Source: a bacterium
GTDB taxonomy: Bacteria > Actinomycetota > Acidimicrobiia > Spongiisociales > ZC4RG35
DNA length: 64,000 bases
NCBI GenBank assembly: GCA_028824015.1
Contig: JAPPFC010000051.1
Span: 4,732 to 68,731 of the forward strand
Direction of reading: 5' to 3'
How positions within the stretch are numbered: position 1 is the stretch's first letter; the number at the start of each line of letters is the position of its first letter. Positions 1-9,462 of the stretch are shown piece after piece. The notes beneath the pieces are model-generated. The model searched no databases. It saw only the letters and a program-made list of their open reading frames with translations, and had not been told where the DNA came from. Both the position numbers and the translations under genes were made by a program.

Positions 1-506
1 AGGGCAGTGAGGTCCCGTCCGAAGCGTTCCAGTGCGCCGAAAGTGGCGTCGGGATCGGGGCTGGTGATCCGGTGCGCACCCCGGAGTTCGGTCAGAGCCT
101 CCAGAATGGCCTGGCGGTCCAGCCCGTGCCGGCGCAGGAGGTCTCCCTCCGTTCCTTTGGCCTCGGCCAGGGCCAGCAACAGGTGCTCCACCGACAGATA
201 GTCGTCTTTAAACTCAGCTCTGAACCGGTCTGCCCTTGTCAGGACCTTGGCGAGTTCCCGACCGGCGACCGGATCCGAGCCGCCGTAGGAGCTGGGAAGC
301 GATGCCAACAATCCCTCCGTGTCGGCTTTGAGCATGGCAGGCTGTGCGCCTACCGCATCCACCAAAGGCAGCATCAATCCGTCGGTTTGGCCCAGCAGAG
401 CCGCCAGCAGATGTGCCGGTGTGATCTCGGGACTCTTCAGTTGGCGGGCCAGTCCCTCTGCATCGGCGACCGCTTGGCGGCTTTTGGCAGTGAGTCGGTC
501 GAACAT
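1..506 (-). CDS. clpB: ClpB chaperone, N-terminal part (gene runs off the left edge)
   Basis: Not in the ORF track because it is open at the window edge. The reverse complement from ATG (504-506) reads MFDRLTAKSRQAVADAEGLARQLKSPEITPAHLLAALLGQ...DDYLSVEHLLLALAE...TFGALERFGRDLTA. This is the typical Clp_N double repeat and the start of NBD1 of ClpB. Confidence 0.85.
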   Translation of the reverse strand, partial: MFDRLTAKSRQAVADAEGLARQLKSPEITPAHLLAALLGQTDGLMLPLVDAVGAQPAMLKADTEGLLASLPSSYGGSDPVAGRELAKVLTRADRFRAEFKDDYLSVEHLLLALAEAKGTEGDLLRRHGLDRQAILEALTELRGAHRITSPDPDATFGALERFGRDLTA

Positions 507-622
507 CTCAGGCTCCTATATATACCCTTCTGTCTATAAGAAAATCTTAGTCTATCTATATCAACTCTACAAAAGGCCACAGATATTCCCCTTGCGAATA
601 ACCGGAATTTCTGGAAGGAGGT
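507..622 (-). promoter_or_regulatory. AT-rich upstream region of clpB (probable promoter/operator)
   Basis: A 116 bp gap between the MFS stop and the clpB ATG, conspicuously AT-rich (tatatata, tctata repeats) in a GC-rich genome. A GGAG lies close to the ATG. No consensus operator recognised. Confidence 0.3.
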
Positions 623-1837
623 TTATCGGTGTCGGCGAGCCCAGAGGGCGAAGGCAAGGCCGATGACTCCGTAGCCGGCATAGGAAACGACCAGCGGCGT
701 GACCGAACCTGCGATGGCCCGGTCGACGAAGCTGGCGAGGATTGCCCCACCGCCCATTGTTATGGTGCCGATCACCGCCGCAGCCGTTCCGGCCAAATCA
801 CCCATCGGCTGCATCGCCTGTGCCTGGATCAGAGGATTCGCAAGGGTTCGGAGGGAATTGATCACCGTGATCAGTGCGAACCAGATGAGGAACGACGGCC
901 TACCGCCGGATTGCCAGGACCACAGAGCCAACCCAATCGACAGGACCACCGCGGTCGGCAAGGTCATCATGATCACCCGGTCGGCCCCTACTTTCTTCAC
1001 TTGCCGGCTTCCTGCGAAGATGACCGCTCCCATGATCACGCTCATCCCGGCGAAGTAGTAGGCGAACTGGTCCCCCCGGTGGTAGACATCGTCGAATATG
1101 AGTTGGATGCTTCCGAGAAACGCGGCGAAGGAGCCGAAGTCGAACATGACCGCCAAGGCCGAGGCGGTTGTCACTTTGCTGGTGAAGACGGCGGCGATGG
1201 CCTGGCGGGTGCGTCCGAGGGTGAGTGGACGGCGCCGGTGGGCAGGGAGGGTCTCAGGGAGACGGATTAGCCACACAGCCAACAGCAATGTCACCGCTGC
1301 GGGGGCAGCCATCACCCAACGCCATGAACTCAGGTTCAGCACTGCCTGACCCAGCAGGGGAGCGAAGGCCGGCACCACCATGAACACCGAAGCGACCACT
1401 GCCATAATGCGGGCCAGTCGATCTCCTTCGAACAGGTCGCGGCCGATGGCCAGGGTAAGGGCTCGGGGACCGGCGGCGCCGACACCCCAGAGGAATCGGC
1501 TGGCGATCAGGACGGCGAAGGTCGGGGCCACGGCTGAGCCCAGGGCGCCGAGAGCGTAGAGCCCGAAGCCCGCGTAGAGAACCGGCTTGCGGCCGAATCG
1601 ATCGGTGAACGGGCCGTATAGCAACTGAGCGCCGGCAAGTCCCAAAAAATAGAGGGTGACCGTGAGCGCCACCCGGGGCGAGTCGGCCGCAAGCCCGAGT
1701 CCCACACGCATGTCGGTGAACGCGGGTAGGGCCATGTCGATCCCCAACGCCGTCATGGCGCTGATCGCCGCCAGCATGGCGATGAACTCCTTCTCGGCAA
1801 CTCTCCGGTGCCGCCGCGGCCGGTTGTCGGCGGTCAT
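623..1837 (-). CDS. MFS transporter, Bcr/CflA-type drug-resistance family
   Basis: 404 aa, about 12 hydrophobic helices. Contains the motif GPFTDRFGRKPVLYAG and an overall MFS_1 pattern. Confidence 0.85.
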   Translation of the reverse strand: MTADNRPRRHRRVAEKEFIAMLAAISAMTALGIDMALPAFTDMRVGLGLAADSPRVALTVTLYFLGLAGAQLLYGPFTDRFGRKPVLYAGFGLYALGALGSAVAPTFAVLIASRFLWGVGAAGPRALTLAIGRDLFEGDRLARIMAVVASVFMVVPAFAPLLGQAVLNLSSWRWVMAAPAAVTLLLAVWLIRLPETLPAHRRRPLTLGRTRQAIAAVFTSKVTTASALAVMFDFGSFAAFLGSIQLIFDDVYHRGDQFAYYFAGMSVIMGAVIFAGSRQVKKVGADRVIMMTLPTAVVLSIGLALWSWQSGGRPSFLIWFALITVINSLRTLANPLIQAQAMQPMGDLAGTAAAVIGTITMGGGAILASFVDRAIAGSVTPLVVSYAGYGVIGLAFALWARRHR

Positions 1838-1894
1838 GAGCGGCCGGTCAGCCCGATGAGCCCGGAGGACACTTGCCGCCGCCGGACGGGGTGT

Positions 1895-2776
1895 TCAGTC
1901 AGGCTGGGAGTCGGCCTGACCGGAACGTTCCCCGAGGCCCTCGGGGAACCACAGGGTTCGCTGCGGGAAGGGAATCTCGATCCCGGCCGCGTCGAGGGCG
2001 CGCTTCATGGCCCGCCCCGCCCGGTCCCTCACCGCCCACAGTGTTGGGCGGTCCGAGGCGTGCCAGTAGCGCACGTAGAAGTCGATGGAGGAATTGTTGA
2101 ACTCCACGAACTCGACTGTTGCCGGGGGTGGGATCACCACACCATCTACGTTGTTGATTGCCTCCTGTAATACCTGCTGCGCAAAGTCCAGGTCGGTGCG
2201 ATAGGCCACCCCCACCACCAGGGTGGTGCGGTGAAGGGGGGTCTCCGTGAAGTTCACCAGGGGGCTCTTCCAGACCATGGAGTTGGGGATGTAGACACGG
2301 TCGCCGTCGTAGGTGTCGATGGCCACCGCCCGCAGGGTCATGTCGTTCACGTCTCCCTTGTAGCCGCTGGACTCCATCTCGTCGCCCACTTTGATGGGCC
2401 GTCGCATCAGCATCAGCAACCCGGCGATGAAATTCTCCAGGATGTCCTGGAAGGCGAATGCCAGAGCAAGGCCGGCCAAGCCCAGAGCGCCGATCAGCGG
2501 GCCGACCTGCAGTCGCAGGATGGTTAGGGCGAAGTACAACCCCAACACCACGGCCACATAGACCACCGCCTTTCCCAGGACGATGGCGGCAAACGGGGGA
2601 ACCGCGGTCTTGGCCAATCCCCTGCTCAACGCCCGTCTTATCAGGCGACCGCCGATGAGCGCCACCAAGACGACCAGAACGGCCAGGATCCACTCGTACC
2701 ATCCGACGTGATCGATCAACTGCGTTACGTCTTCAGGCTGCTCCTCCTGTGCGAGAATCGAGAAAGGCATCGCCAC
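1895..2776 (-). CDS. Small-conductance mechanosensitive channel (MscS family)
   Basis: 293 aa. N-terminal TM helices are followed by PIKVGDEMESSGYKGDVNDMTLRAVAIDTYDGDRVYIPNS, the MscS beta-domain signature. Confidence 0.85.
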   Translation of the reverse strand: MAMPFSILAQEEQPEDVTQLIDHVGWYEWILAVLVVLVALIGGRLIRRALSRGLAKTAVPPFAAIVLGKAVVYVAVVLGLYFALTILRLQVGPLIGALGLAGLALAFAFQDILENFIAGLLMLMRRPIKVGDEMESSGYKGDVNDMTLRAVAIDTYDGDRVYIPNSMVWKSPLVNFTETPLHRTTLVVGVAYRTDLDFAQQVLQEAINNVDGVVIPPPATVEFVEFNNSSIDFYVRYWHASDRPTLWAVRDRAGRAMKRALDAAGIEIPFPQRTLWFPEGLGERSGQADSQPD

Positions 2777-2835
2777 CTTAGAGTAGGCGGCGCCTCGAAT
2801 ACCGTGCCCTCTACGGACCGGGAACTAGCAGGCAG

Positions 2836-3297
2836 TCAAGACTGGCAGGCAGCCAGACCAGCAGGGTCGGTGAAGATGTCATTGGCGTACTGCAACTCTC
2901 GCACGTAGCAGATGATCTCGTTCACCTCCCCGTCCGACAGCCCCGGGACCGGATCCATGTCGCCGAACTCCCAGTGATGTTGGGGGGTCCCCTGTCGCAC
3001 GGCGATGTGAAAGCTGAAGTCCGCATGGTGGCCGGGTTCGTAGTAGATGTGAACCAAAGGGGGGCCTTCCGAGGTTCCCCCGGCGTCGGCGCTATGACAC
3101 TCGGAGCAGTTGGCTTCGAACAAGTCGGCGCCGCGCCTGGCCGTCTCGGACAGATCGGGCACCGTCACCGCAACGCTCTCCGCCTCGCTCCCCGGGGAAG
3201 ATGACTCACCGTTGTCTTCGCCGCACCCGATCAGTAGAAGACAGAGAAGGGCCGGGATCAACCTGGATCGAAGGGGCGGTTCTCCTCTATGACTCAT
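2836..3297 (-). CDS. Membrane-anchored or lipoprotein c-type cytochrome (class I)
   Basis: 153 aa with an LLLIGC lipobox-like signal and a single CSECH heme-binding motif. GGAGAG lies upstream of the ATG. Confidence 0.8.
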   Translation of the reverse strand: MSHRGEPPLRSRLIPALLCLLLIGCGEDNGESSSPGSEAESVAVTVPDLSETARRGADLFEANCSECHSADAGGTSEGPPLVHIYYEPGHHADFSFHIAVRQGTPQHHWEFGDMDPVPGLSDGEVNEIICYVRELQYANDIFTDPAGLAACQS

Positions 3298-3430
3298 TGC
3301 TCTCCGGTTGATCCTCCGCCAGCATTTTCTTCAGCGCGGCGCGCTGTTTGAAGTACTTGACCAGGCCGAGGATGACCATGATGATCCCGATGCCGACGGA
3401 AATGAAGCTCAGTTGGCCTGCTAGTTCCAT
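3287..3430 (-). CDS. 47-aa single-TM membrane protein (hypothetical)
   Basis: Internal ATG of track ORF 3287..3697 gives MELAGQLSFISVGIGIIMVILGLVKYFKQRAALKKMLAEDQPESNES. Its end overlaps the cytochrome c start by 11 nt. The upstream part of the long ORF is G/P/R-rich and looks non-coding. Confidence 0.4.
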   Translation of the reverse strand: MELAGQLSFISVGIGIIMVILGLVKYFKQRAALKKMLAEDQPESNES

Positions 3431-3486
3431 GCCGGACCCTTTCGGTGGAGGCGGCGAGACAAATCCTAAGCGAGTTGTGTCGCCTG

Positions 3487-4518
3487 CTATGTCTGGCGGG
3501 TCACGACCTCCGAAAACCCCGGTCCCGACGGCCGCTCCAACTGGTCCATCGTGCATTCCCGGGCAGGTTTGTCGGGTCGCCATCGATGAAACCGGGTTGC
3601 GTGGCGAAACCGGTCGTTCTGCAACTGGTCGTAGCTGACCTCCACCACCACCCCGGGCTGGACGGGCGTCCATTGCATGCTCTTCTCGGTGGACCAACGG
3701 CTGACCGCGCCCGGCGCCCTCGCCTGCTCATCGAAGGAATCGGGGGTACGGAGACTCTCGAAGAGTTCGAGGATCTGCACCCGGTCGGCATTGGAGAAAC
3801 CCGAGCAGTGGCCTATGAAGTGCAGGGCGCCGTCGGAGTTGTAAAGACCGAGGAGGATCGATCCGATCTTGTCCCCGTCCTTGTGGACCCGGTAGCCACC
3901 CACCACGCAGTCCACGTGGCGGCGGTGCTTGATCTTGATCATCCGTCTCTTGCCGCTCACGTACTCCTCCTCCAGCCGTTTGGCCACCACTCCGTCGCAC
4001 CCCGCCGCCTCATACTCGTCGAACCAGCGGCGGGCCACCGACTGGTCGGTCGTGGTCGGGGTTAGGTTCCACGGCGGCCGGAGGTGTGCGGCCAGGTCCT
4101 CCAACCGGCGCCGCCGCACACTGAGGGGCCGGACCCGAAGATCCTCTCCTTCAGCGGCCAGCAGATCGAAGGCGACAAGTTGGGCGGGGACCTCCTCCGA
4201 CAGGCGGGTGATGCGGCTCCGGGCGGGGTGGATGCGCATCTGCAAGGCGTCGAAGTGGGTTGTGTCGTCGTACACCACCACCACCTCCCCGTCCACCACC
4301 GTGCCCCCCGGGAGTTGGTCCAAGGCCGGTTCGAGTTCGGGAAAGTAGCGCAGCAGTGGCTTTTGGTTTCGGGAGTCGAGACGGGAATCGGGACCGCTCC
4401 ACGCCAGGACGCGGAATCCGTCCCACTTGGGCTCGTATGCGAACGATCCCCTGGGCCACCGCTCCGAGACGCGGGCTTCCATGGTGGCGATCGGAGGAGT
4501 GAAGGGCCATTCGCTCAT
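3487..4518 (-). CDS. ATP-dependent DNA ligase (LigC-type, about 340 aa)
   Basis: Adenylation motif I YEPKWDGFR, plus later VVAKR and KIKHRR motifs and an OB-fold C-terminus. Confidence 0.85.
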   Translation of the reverse strand: MSEWPFTPPIATMEARVSERWPRGSFAYEPKWDGFRVLAWSGPDSRLDSRNQKPLLRYFPELEPALDQLPGGTVVDGEVVVVYDDTTHFDALQMRIHPARSRITRLSEEVPAQLVAFDLLAAEGEDLRVRPLSVRRRRLEDLAAHLRPPWNLTPTTTDQSVARRWFDEYEAAGCDGVVAKRLEEEYVSGKRRMIKIKHRRHVDCVVGGYRVHKDGDKIGSILLGLYNSDGALHFIGHCSGFSNADRVQILELFESLRTPDSFDEQARAPGAVSRWSTEKSMQWTPVQPGVVVEVSYDQLQNDRFRHATRFHRWRPDKPARECTMDQLERPSGPGFSEVVTRQT

Positions 4519-4573
4519 CGGTCCCGAGATTAGATGTCCGCGTCGCCCTCGGAGTCTGAGGTGATCGGCAAGG

Positions 4574-4789
4574 TCAGGAGAGAAGAGAGACGGCGCTCCA
4601 GATGACCATCAGCGCTCCGGCAAGGATCAGAAAGGCCGCCCGTCGAGGCCGGAAAGCGCCTCTCTGGCCCGGAGGGGGCCTTCCCTGGAAGTGGCGGAGG
4701 ACCGCCCAGCCGTTGCCCGCCACCAGGGCGAGCCCGATGGCTAGGATCATTTGTGCGACCAGGGTATCCAGACCGAGTATTTCAGCCAT
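4574..4789 (-). CDS. 71-aa two-TM membrane protein (hypothetical)
   Basis: Internal ATG preceded by GGAGAGAGG gives MAEILGLDTLVAQMILAIGLALVAG...LILAGALMVIWSAVSLLS. Confidence 0.45.
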   Translation of the reverse strand: MAEILGLDTLVAQMILAIGLALVAGNGWAVLRHFQGRPPPGQRGAFRPRRAAFLILAGALMVIWSAVSLLS

Positions 4790-4851
4790 GACCTCTCTCC
4801 GACCATTGGATGTGTCAACCATCATGGTATGCCCACCCGGGGCAAGGTGAG

Positions 4852-5631
4852 ATGGCGCGCCCGGTCCAGGTACTCAGGGTGTTCACCGACGGGGAGCAGG
4901 GGGGCAACCATCTAGGGGTGGTGGCGGACACCGTAAGCATCGACGACCAGCGGATGCAGGACATCGCGGCGGACCTGGGCTTCAGCGAGACGATTTTCAT
5001 AGACTGGCAGACGGGAGGGGTCCCCCACATCCGTATCTTCACCCCTGTCGCGGAACTGCCTTTCGCCGGGCATCCCCTGGTGGGAGCGGCCTGGTTGCTG
5101 CTCAAGGCCGGTCCGGGGGGAGTGGACCGTGTCACCTGCGGGGTGGGGGAGGTGAGAATCGGCGCCGATGGAGACCGTGTCTGGATCGAGCCGCCTTTCT
5201 CCCAGCCGGTGCGAACCCAGGAAGTTCCCCCGACCCTGGGGTGGTGCTCCCCGACTCGGGCCTGGGAGGTGGACATGCCTCTTCCCTATTCGGTGTGGCA
5301 GATGGACGATCCCGAACAGGTCGGAAACCTTCAATCCCCACCGCCCGAACTGGGGATGACGCTGGTGTGGGCTTGGATGTCGCTGCCCCACAGGGTTAAG
5401 GCGCGTTTCTTCGCTCCCGGCCTGGGGGTGACAGAAGACCCGGCCACCGGCAGTGCGGCGGTGGCCCTTGCCGCGGTGCTGCGCTCCGAGGACATGCCTT
5501 CCGGCCGCGTCCGGATCTCCCAGGGACGAGAGATGGGGTGGCCTTCGGTGATCGATCTGATGTGGGAACCGAACAGGTGTCGGGTGGGGGGAACGGTTAT
5601 GAGGGACGAAGTCCGCGAGTTGGAATGGTGA
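4852..5631 (+). CDS. PhzF-family isomerase
   Basis: VLRVFTDGEQGGNHLGVV...GFSETIF...FTPVAELPFAGHPLVGAAWLL...EDPATGSA. The ATG at 4852 is chosen over the track start at 4810. Confidence 0.8.
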   Translation: MARPVQVLRVFTDGEQGGNHLGVVADTVSIDDQRMQDIAADLGFSETIFIDWQTGGVPHIRIFTPVAELPFAGHPLVGAAWLLLKAGPGGVDRVTCGVGEVRIGADGDRVWIEPPFSQPVRTQEVPPTLGWCSPTRAWEVDMPLPYSVWQMDDPEQVGNLQSPPPELGMTLVWAWMSLPHRVKARFFAPGLGVTEDPATGSAAVALAAVLRSEDMPSGRVRISQGREMGWPSVIDLMWEPNRCRVGGTVMRDEVRELEW

Positions 5632-5691
5632 TACCCGCCCGGGGCTCAACGACCGTTACGTTCCTCCCTGAGGGACATAGACTTCTCCCCC

Positions 5692-6606
5692 GTGGCTAGC
5701 GGCGGATCAAAACTGGCGGTGCTCGCCGCCCTGGTGGCGAACAGCACCATTGCCGTGGCCAAGTTCTTCGTCTTCTTGATCACCGGCTCTGCCGCCATGC
5801 TGGCCGAATGCATCCATTCGGTGGCGGATTCCTCCAATCAGGGCCTGCTTCTCTATGGAGCCAGGGCCGCTCGCCAGCCCGCCGATGTCAGCCATCCCTT
5901 CGGGAGGGGCAAGGAGGTCTATTTCTGGAGCTTCCTGGTGGCGGTGATGCTTTTCTTCGGCGGGGGCGTCTGGGCTTTTCTGCATGGATGGGAGGCAATC
6001 GGTCATGCTGAGCCGCTCGGTGATCTGACACCCAGTTTCATCGTGTTGGGGGTGGCCATAGCCTTGGAGAGCATCAGCTTCGGGATCGCGCTGAGGGAGT
6101 TCAACCGGCGTCGGGGCACAGCCTCCATCTGGCAGGGAATTCGTGATTCGAAGGACGCCTCCCTGATCGTGATTCTCCTGGAAGACACGGCGGCGATGTT
6201 GGGACTGATCCTGGCCCTGGCGGGTACGTTCATGGCCTGGAATACCGGGGACTCGCGATGGGACGGGGCCGCCTCGATGCTCATCGGTGTGATGCTGGCC
6301 GTTGTGGCGGTGCTGCTGGCAGCGGAGATCAAGGCGTTGTTGATCGGCGAGGCGGCCGGCCGGCAGGAGCGGGCCGTGATCCGGGCTGTGCTTTTGGAAA
6401 TGGACGAGGTGGCCGGGGTGGGACGCCTCCTCACCATGCATCTGGGGCCTGACGACCTGTTGGTGAACGTGGAAGTTGATTTCATCGAATCGCTGGGAAC
6501 TGTCGAGATCACCAACGCAATTACCAAAGCCGAGCGAGCTATCAGGGAAAAGATCCCCGTCGCCGGGAACATCTTTGTGGAGCCCTATGACCAGGATCGG
6601 GGCTGA
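5692..6606 (+). CDS. Cation diffusion facilitator (CDF) family metal efflux transporter
   Basis: AKFFVFLITGSAAMLAECIHSVADSSNQ...HPFGRGKEVYFWSF, six TM helices and a C-terminal cytoplasmic domain. GTG start. Confidence 0.85.
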   Translation: MASGGSKLAVLAALVANSTIAVAKFFVFLITGSAAMLAECIHSVADSSNQGLLLYGARAARQPADVSHPFGRGKEVYFWSFLVAVMLFFGGGVWAFLHGWEAIGHAEPLGDLTPSFIVLGVAIALESISFGIALREFNRRRGTASIWQGIRDSKDASLIVILLEDTAAMLGLILALAGTFMAWNTGDSRWDGAASMLIGVMLAVVAVLLAAEIKALLIGEAAGRQERAVIRAVLLEMDEVAGVGRLLTMHLGPDDLLVNVEVDFIESLGTVEITNAITKAERAIREKIPVAGNIFVEPYDQDRG

Positions 6607-7450
6607 GGTCTCTGCTCCGGCTTCCTCGGCCAATCTGGGGCCAGGATTCGACTGCCTGGCGTTGGCCCTCGAGATCAGATGCCTGGTCAGGGCCCGGCGC
6701 AGCGACCAGTGGCAGGTCCGCCACATCGGTCGTCATCAGCCGCCGCCAGGATCAGCGGACGCGGTGCTGGCCGGCGCCCGGTTGGCGGTAGGTCCTGAAC
6801 ATCCCCTCTATTTGGAGGTGGACAATCACATCCCCATCGGGAGCGGACTCGGGTCATCGGCTGCCGCCTACGCGGCCGGAGCAACGGCGGCACTCCGGTG
6901 TATGGATCGGCCGGTCGATCCAAACCGGGTGTTCAGGTGGGTAAGCACGCTCGAAGGTCATCCCGACAACGCGGCGGCTGCTGTCTTCGGCGGACTGGTG
7001 CTGGTGGACCCCGACAGCCGCGTCCGAAAGCTGACCATGAGCGAGGCCTATGGTCTGTTGGTGCTGGTTCCCGCCTTCCGGTTGTACACCAGTGAGTCCC
7101 GAAGCGTCGTGCCGGATCGGTTTGAACTGCCTGCGGTGGTCAACAGCCTGTCGAGGATGGCCGCCCTGGTGGCCGGGTTGACTTCGGGGGAAGCGGGGAT
7201 ACTCCAATCCGCCCTGGGAGATGAGCTTCACGAAACCAGCCGCAACCGGCTGCGGCCCTCGGTGGGGGAGTTGATCGGAGAAGCGCTGAATGCGGGGGCT
7301 GTCTACGCTGCCTGGTCGGGTAGCGGCCCGTCCGTGTTGGTCTTCACCCGATCGTCGGAGGCCGGACTGGTGACCGAGGCCCTCTCCTCCTCCTTGGGTG
7401 ACGAGGTTGAGATTGTCTGCCCTCGGGTAGCCTCCCGGGGCATCCTTTGA
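6587..7450 (+). CDS. thrB: Homoserine kinase
   Basis: APASSANLGPGFDCLALAL and the GHMP motif PIGSGLGSSAAAYAAG. The ATG at 6587 overlaps the CDF gene end. The track ORF begins upstream at 6476. Confidence 0.8.
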   Translation: MTRIGAEVSAPASSANLGPGFDCLALALEIRCLVRARRSDQWQVRHIGRHQPPPGSADAVLAGARLAVGPEHPLYLEVDNHIPIGSGLGSSAAAYAAGATAALRCMDRPVDPNRVFRWVSTLEGHPDNAAAAVFGGLVLVDPDSRVRKLTMSEAYGLLVLVPAFRLYTSESRSVVPDRFELPAVVNSLSRMAALVAGLTSGEAGILQSALGDELHETSRNRLRPSVGELIGEALNAGAVYAAWSGSGPSVLVFTRSSEAGLVTEALSSSLGDEVEIVCPRVASRGIL

Positions 7451-7618
7451 TCGAGAACAGGCTCAACAAGCGGTTCCCGGTGCCCTGGAGCCAGATTTGG
7501 ACGAAAAAACCCTCGGCTGGTTTCCGGTCGCTCACCAGGGGATGCTATCCTTTGAGGTGTCCTGTCGGCAGGGGTGGGCCGGCACAATGTCCCCGATCGG
7601 TCAACCAGGAAGCCAGTT

Positions 7619-7711
7619 ATGGGTTCGCTAGTCAAGAAGCGTCGCAGGAAAATGTCGCGGCACAAGTATCGCAAACGGCGCAAGGCGAATCGCCATAAGA
7701 ACAAGAAGTAG
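7619..7711 (+). CDS. 30S ribosomal protein bS22 (30-aa Lys/Arg-rich microprotein)
   Basis: Below the track cutoff. ATG 7619 to TAG 7709-7711 encodes MGSLVKKRRRKMSRHKYRKRRKANRHKNKK. This closely resembles mycobacterial bS22 ([21 protein letters not shown]...). AGGAAG lies 7 nt upstream. Confidence 0.8.
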   Translation: MGSLVKKRRRKMSRHKYRKRRKANRHKNKK

Positions 7712-7785
7712 TCGCTGCGGCCGCAGGGACGAGGTGGCGACTGTGCACTGCTTTGGGCAGGTCCATGAGGTGAGGTGGTCTGCCG

Positions 7786-8973
7786 GTGCCTGACCCTCTT
7801 GACTTTCTGGATACCGCCGGGCTGCTCACCGATTCCGAGCGTCTGGTCGCCAAGACCGTACGGGAGTTCGTCACCAAGAGTGTGGTTTCCGAGGTGGGGT
7901 CGTGGTGGGAAGCGGGGGAGTTCCCGGCCCATCTGATTCCCGAAATGGCCCGGATGGGTATGTTCGGGATGAACCTGGAGGGCTATGGCTGTGCCGGTCT
8001 GGGGCCGGTGGACTACGGGATGGCCGCCCTGGAACTGGAGGCAGGTGACTCCGGACTGCGCAGTTTTATCTCGGTACAGGGATCGCTGTGCATGTTCCCT
8101 ATCTGGAAGTACGGGTCCTCCGAGCAGAAGGCCGAGTGGCTCCCCCGCATGGCCGCAGGAGAGGTGGTGGGATGCTTCGGCCTGACCGAAGCGGACTCGG
8201 GAAGCGATCCCTCCTCCATGCGCACCACCGCCCGACGGGTGGGATCCGACTGGGTGATAGACGGGTCCAAGGCCTGGATCACCAACGGGGGGATCGCCGA
8301 TCTGGCGGTGATTTGGGCCAAGACCCCGGAGGGGGTCCGCGGGTTCCTGGTGCCCACCGACGCTCCGGGGTTTTCGGCGCATCCCATAGATCGCAAAGCC
8401 AGCATGCGGGCCTCGGTTACCTCCGCCTTGGTCCTGGACGGGGTGCGGCTGCCTGAGGAGATGATGCTGCCGGGAGTGGCTTCGATGAGAGGACCGCTTT
8501 CCTGCCTGACCGAGGCGCGGCTGGGGATCGTCTTTGGCGCCATGGGGGCGGCTCGCTCCTGCTACGAAACCGCGTTGGGCTATGCATCGGATCGGTCACA
8601 GTTCGGCGCTCCGATCGCCTCCTTCCAGTTGACCCAGTCGAAGCTGGTGGAAATGATGGTGGCTGTTCAGAGAGGGATCCTGCTGGCCATCCGGATCGGA
8701 CGCCTGCGGGAGGAGGGCAAGTTGACGCCCGAGCAGGTCTCGGTCGGAAAGTACAACAACGTGAGCGACGCCCTGGCGGTGGCGCGGACCGCCAGAAGCA
8801 TCCTGGGGGCCAACGGGATTTCGCTCGACTACCCGGTGATGAGGCACGTGGCGAATCTGGAGACGGTGTACACCTATGAGGGGACGCATGAGATACACAC
8901 CTTGATCCTGGGCAACGCCCTCACCGGGATCCCCGCTTTTCAGGCGGCCCGCCCTCGGACCCGGAGTGGTTGA
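7786..8973 (+). CDS. gcdH: Glutaryl-CoA dehydrogenase-like acyl-CoA dehydrogenase
   Basis: 395 aa with GLTEADSGSDPSSMRTTA and the C-terminal YEGTHEIHTLILGNALTGIPAF typical of GcdH. GTG start after GAGGTGAGGTGG. Confidence 0.8.
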   Translation: MPDPLDFLDTAGLLTDSERLVAKTVREFVTKSVVSEVGSWWEAGEFPAHLIPEMARMGMFGMNLEGYGCAGLGPVDYGMAALELEAGDSGLRSFISVQGSLCMFPIWKYGSSEQKAEWLPRMAAGEVVGCFGLTEADSGSDPSSMRTTARRVGSDWVIDGSKAWITNGGIADLAVIWAKTPEGVRGFLVPTDAPGFSAHPIDRKASMRASVTSALVLDGVRLPEEMMLPGVASMRGPLSCLTEARLGIVFGAMGAARSCYETALGYASDRSQFGAPIASFQLTQSKLVEMMVAVQRGILLAIRIGRLREEGKLTPEQVSVGKYNNVSDALAVARTARSILGANGISLDYPVMRHVANLETVYTYEGTHEIHTLILGNALTGIPAFQAARPRTRSG

Positions 8974-9437
8974 TGAGCGAGAAGGCCGTCACCGTGGCGG
9001 AGTTGATGGAGATGGTGGGCACCGAGATAGGCGTCTCGGAGTGGTTCACCATTTCCCAGGACCGCATTGACGCCTTCGCCGACGCCACCCTGGATCATCA
9101 GTTCATCCATGTGGATCCGTCCAGGGCCGCCGCCGAATCACCCTTCGGGGTGACCATCGCTCACGGGTTCCTGACGCTCTCGCTCCTGCCCCATCTCGGC
9201 TCGGGAACCAAGCTCCTGCCGGCGGGCACCAAGGTGGAGATCAACTACGGCACCGATAAGGTCCGTTTCCTGGCGCCGGTCCCCGTAAACAGCCGGATCC
9301 GGGCCCGGGTGGCTCTTTCCGACGTCACCGAGCGTCGGCCCGGCCAGTACCTCATCAAGCGGATGGTGACGGTGGAGATCGAGGGATCAGACCGTCCCGC
9401 GCTGGTGGCCGAGACCCTTACTCTCGCTATCACCTGA
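8973..9437 (+). CDS. MaoC-family (R)-specific enoyl-CoA hydratase/dehydratase
   Basis: Hot-dog fold motifs FADATLDHQFIHVDPSRA...TIAHGFLTLSL. The ATG overlaps the gcdH stop (TGATG). Confidence 0.8.
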   Translation: MSEKAVTVAELMEMVGTEIGVSEWFTISQDRIDAFADATLDHQFIHVDPSRAAAESPFGVTIAHGFLTLSLLPHLGSGTKLLPAGTKVEINYGTDKVRFLAPVPVNSRIRARVALSDVTERRPGQYLIKRMVTVEIEGSDRPALVAETLTLAIT

Positions 9438-9462
9438 CGCCTGAACGGCTCTTGCGGGTCAA

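Noticed and set aside
546-569. HAIR-like half sites CTTAGT ... ACTCTA upstream of clpB
   Set aside because: Both half sites have mismatches and the spacer is 12 nt instead of 7. This is not distinguishable from chance in AT-rich DNA.
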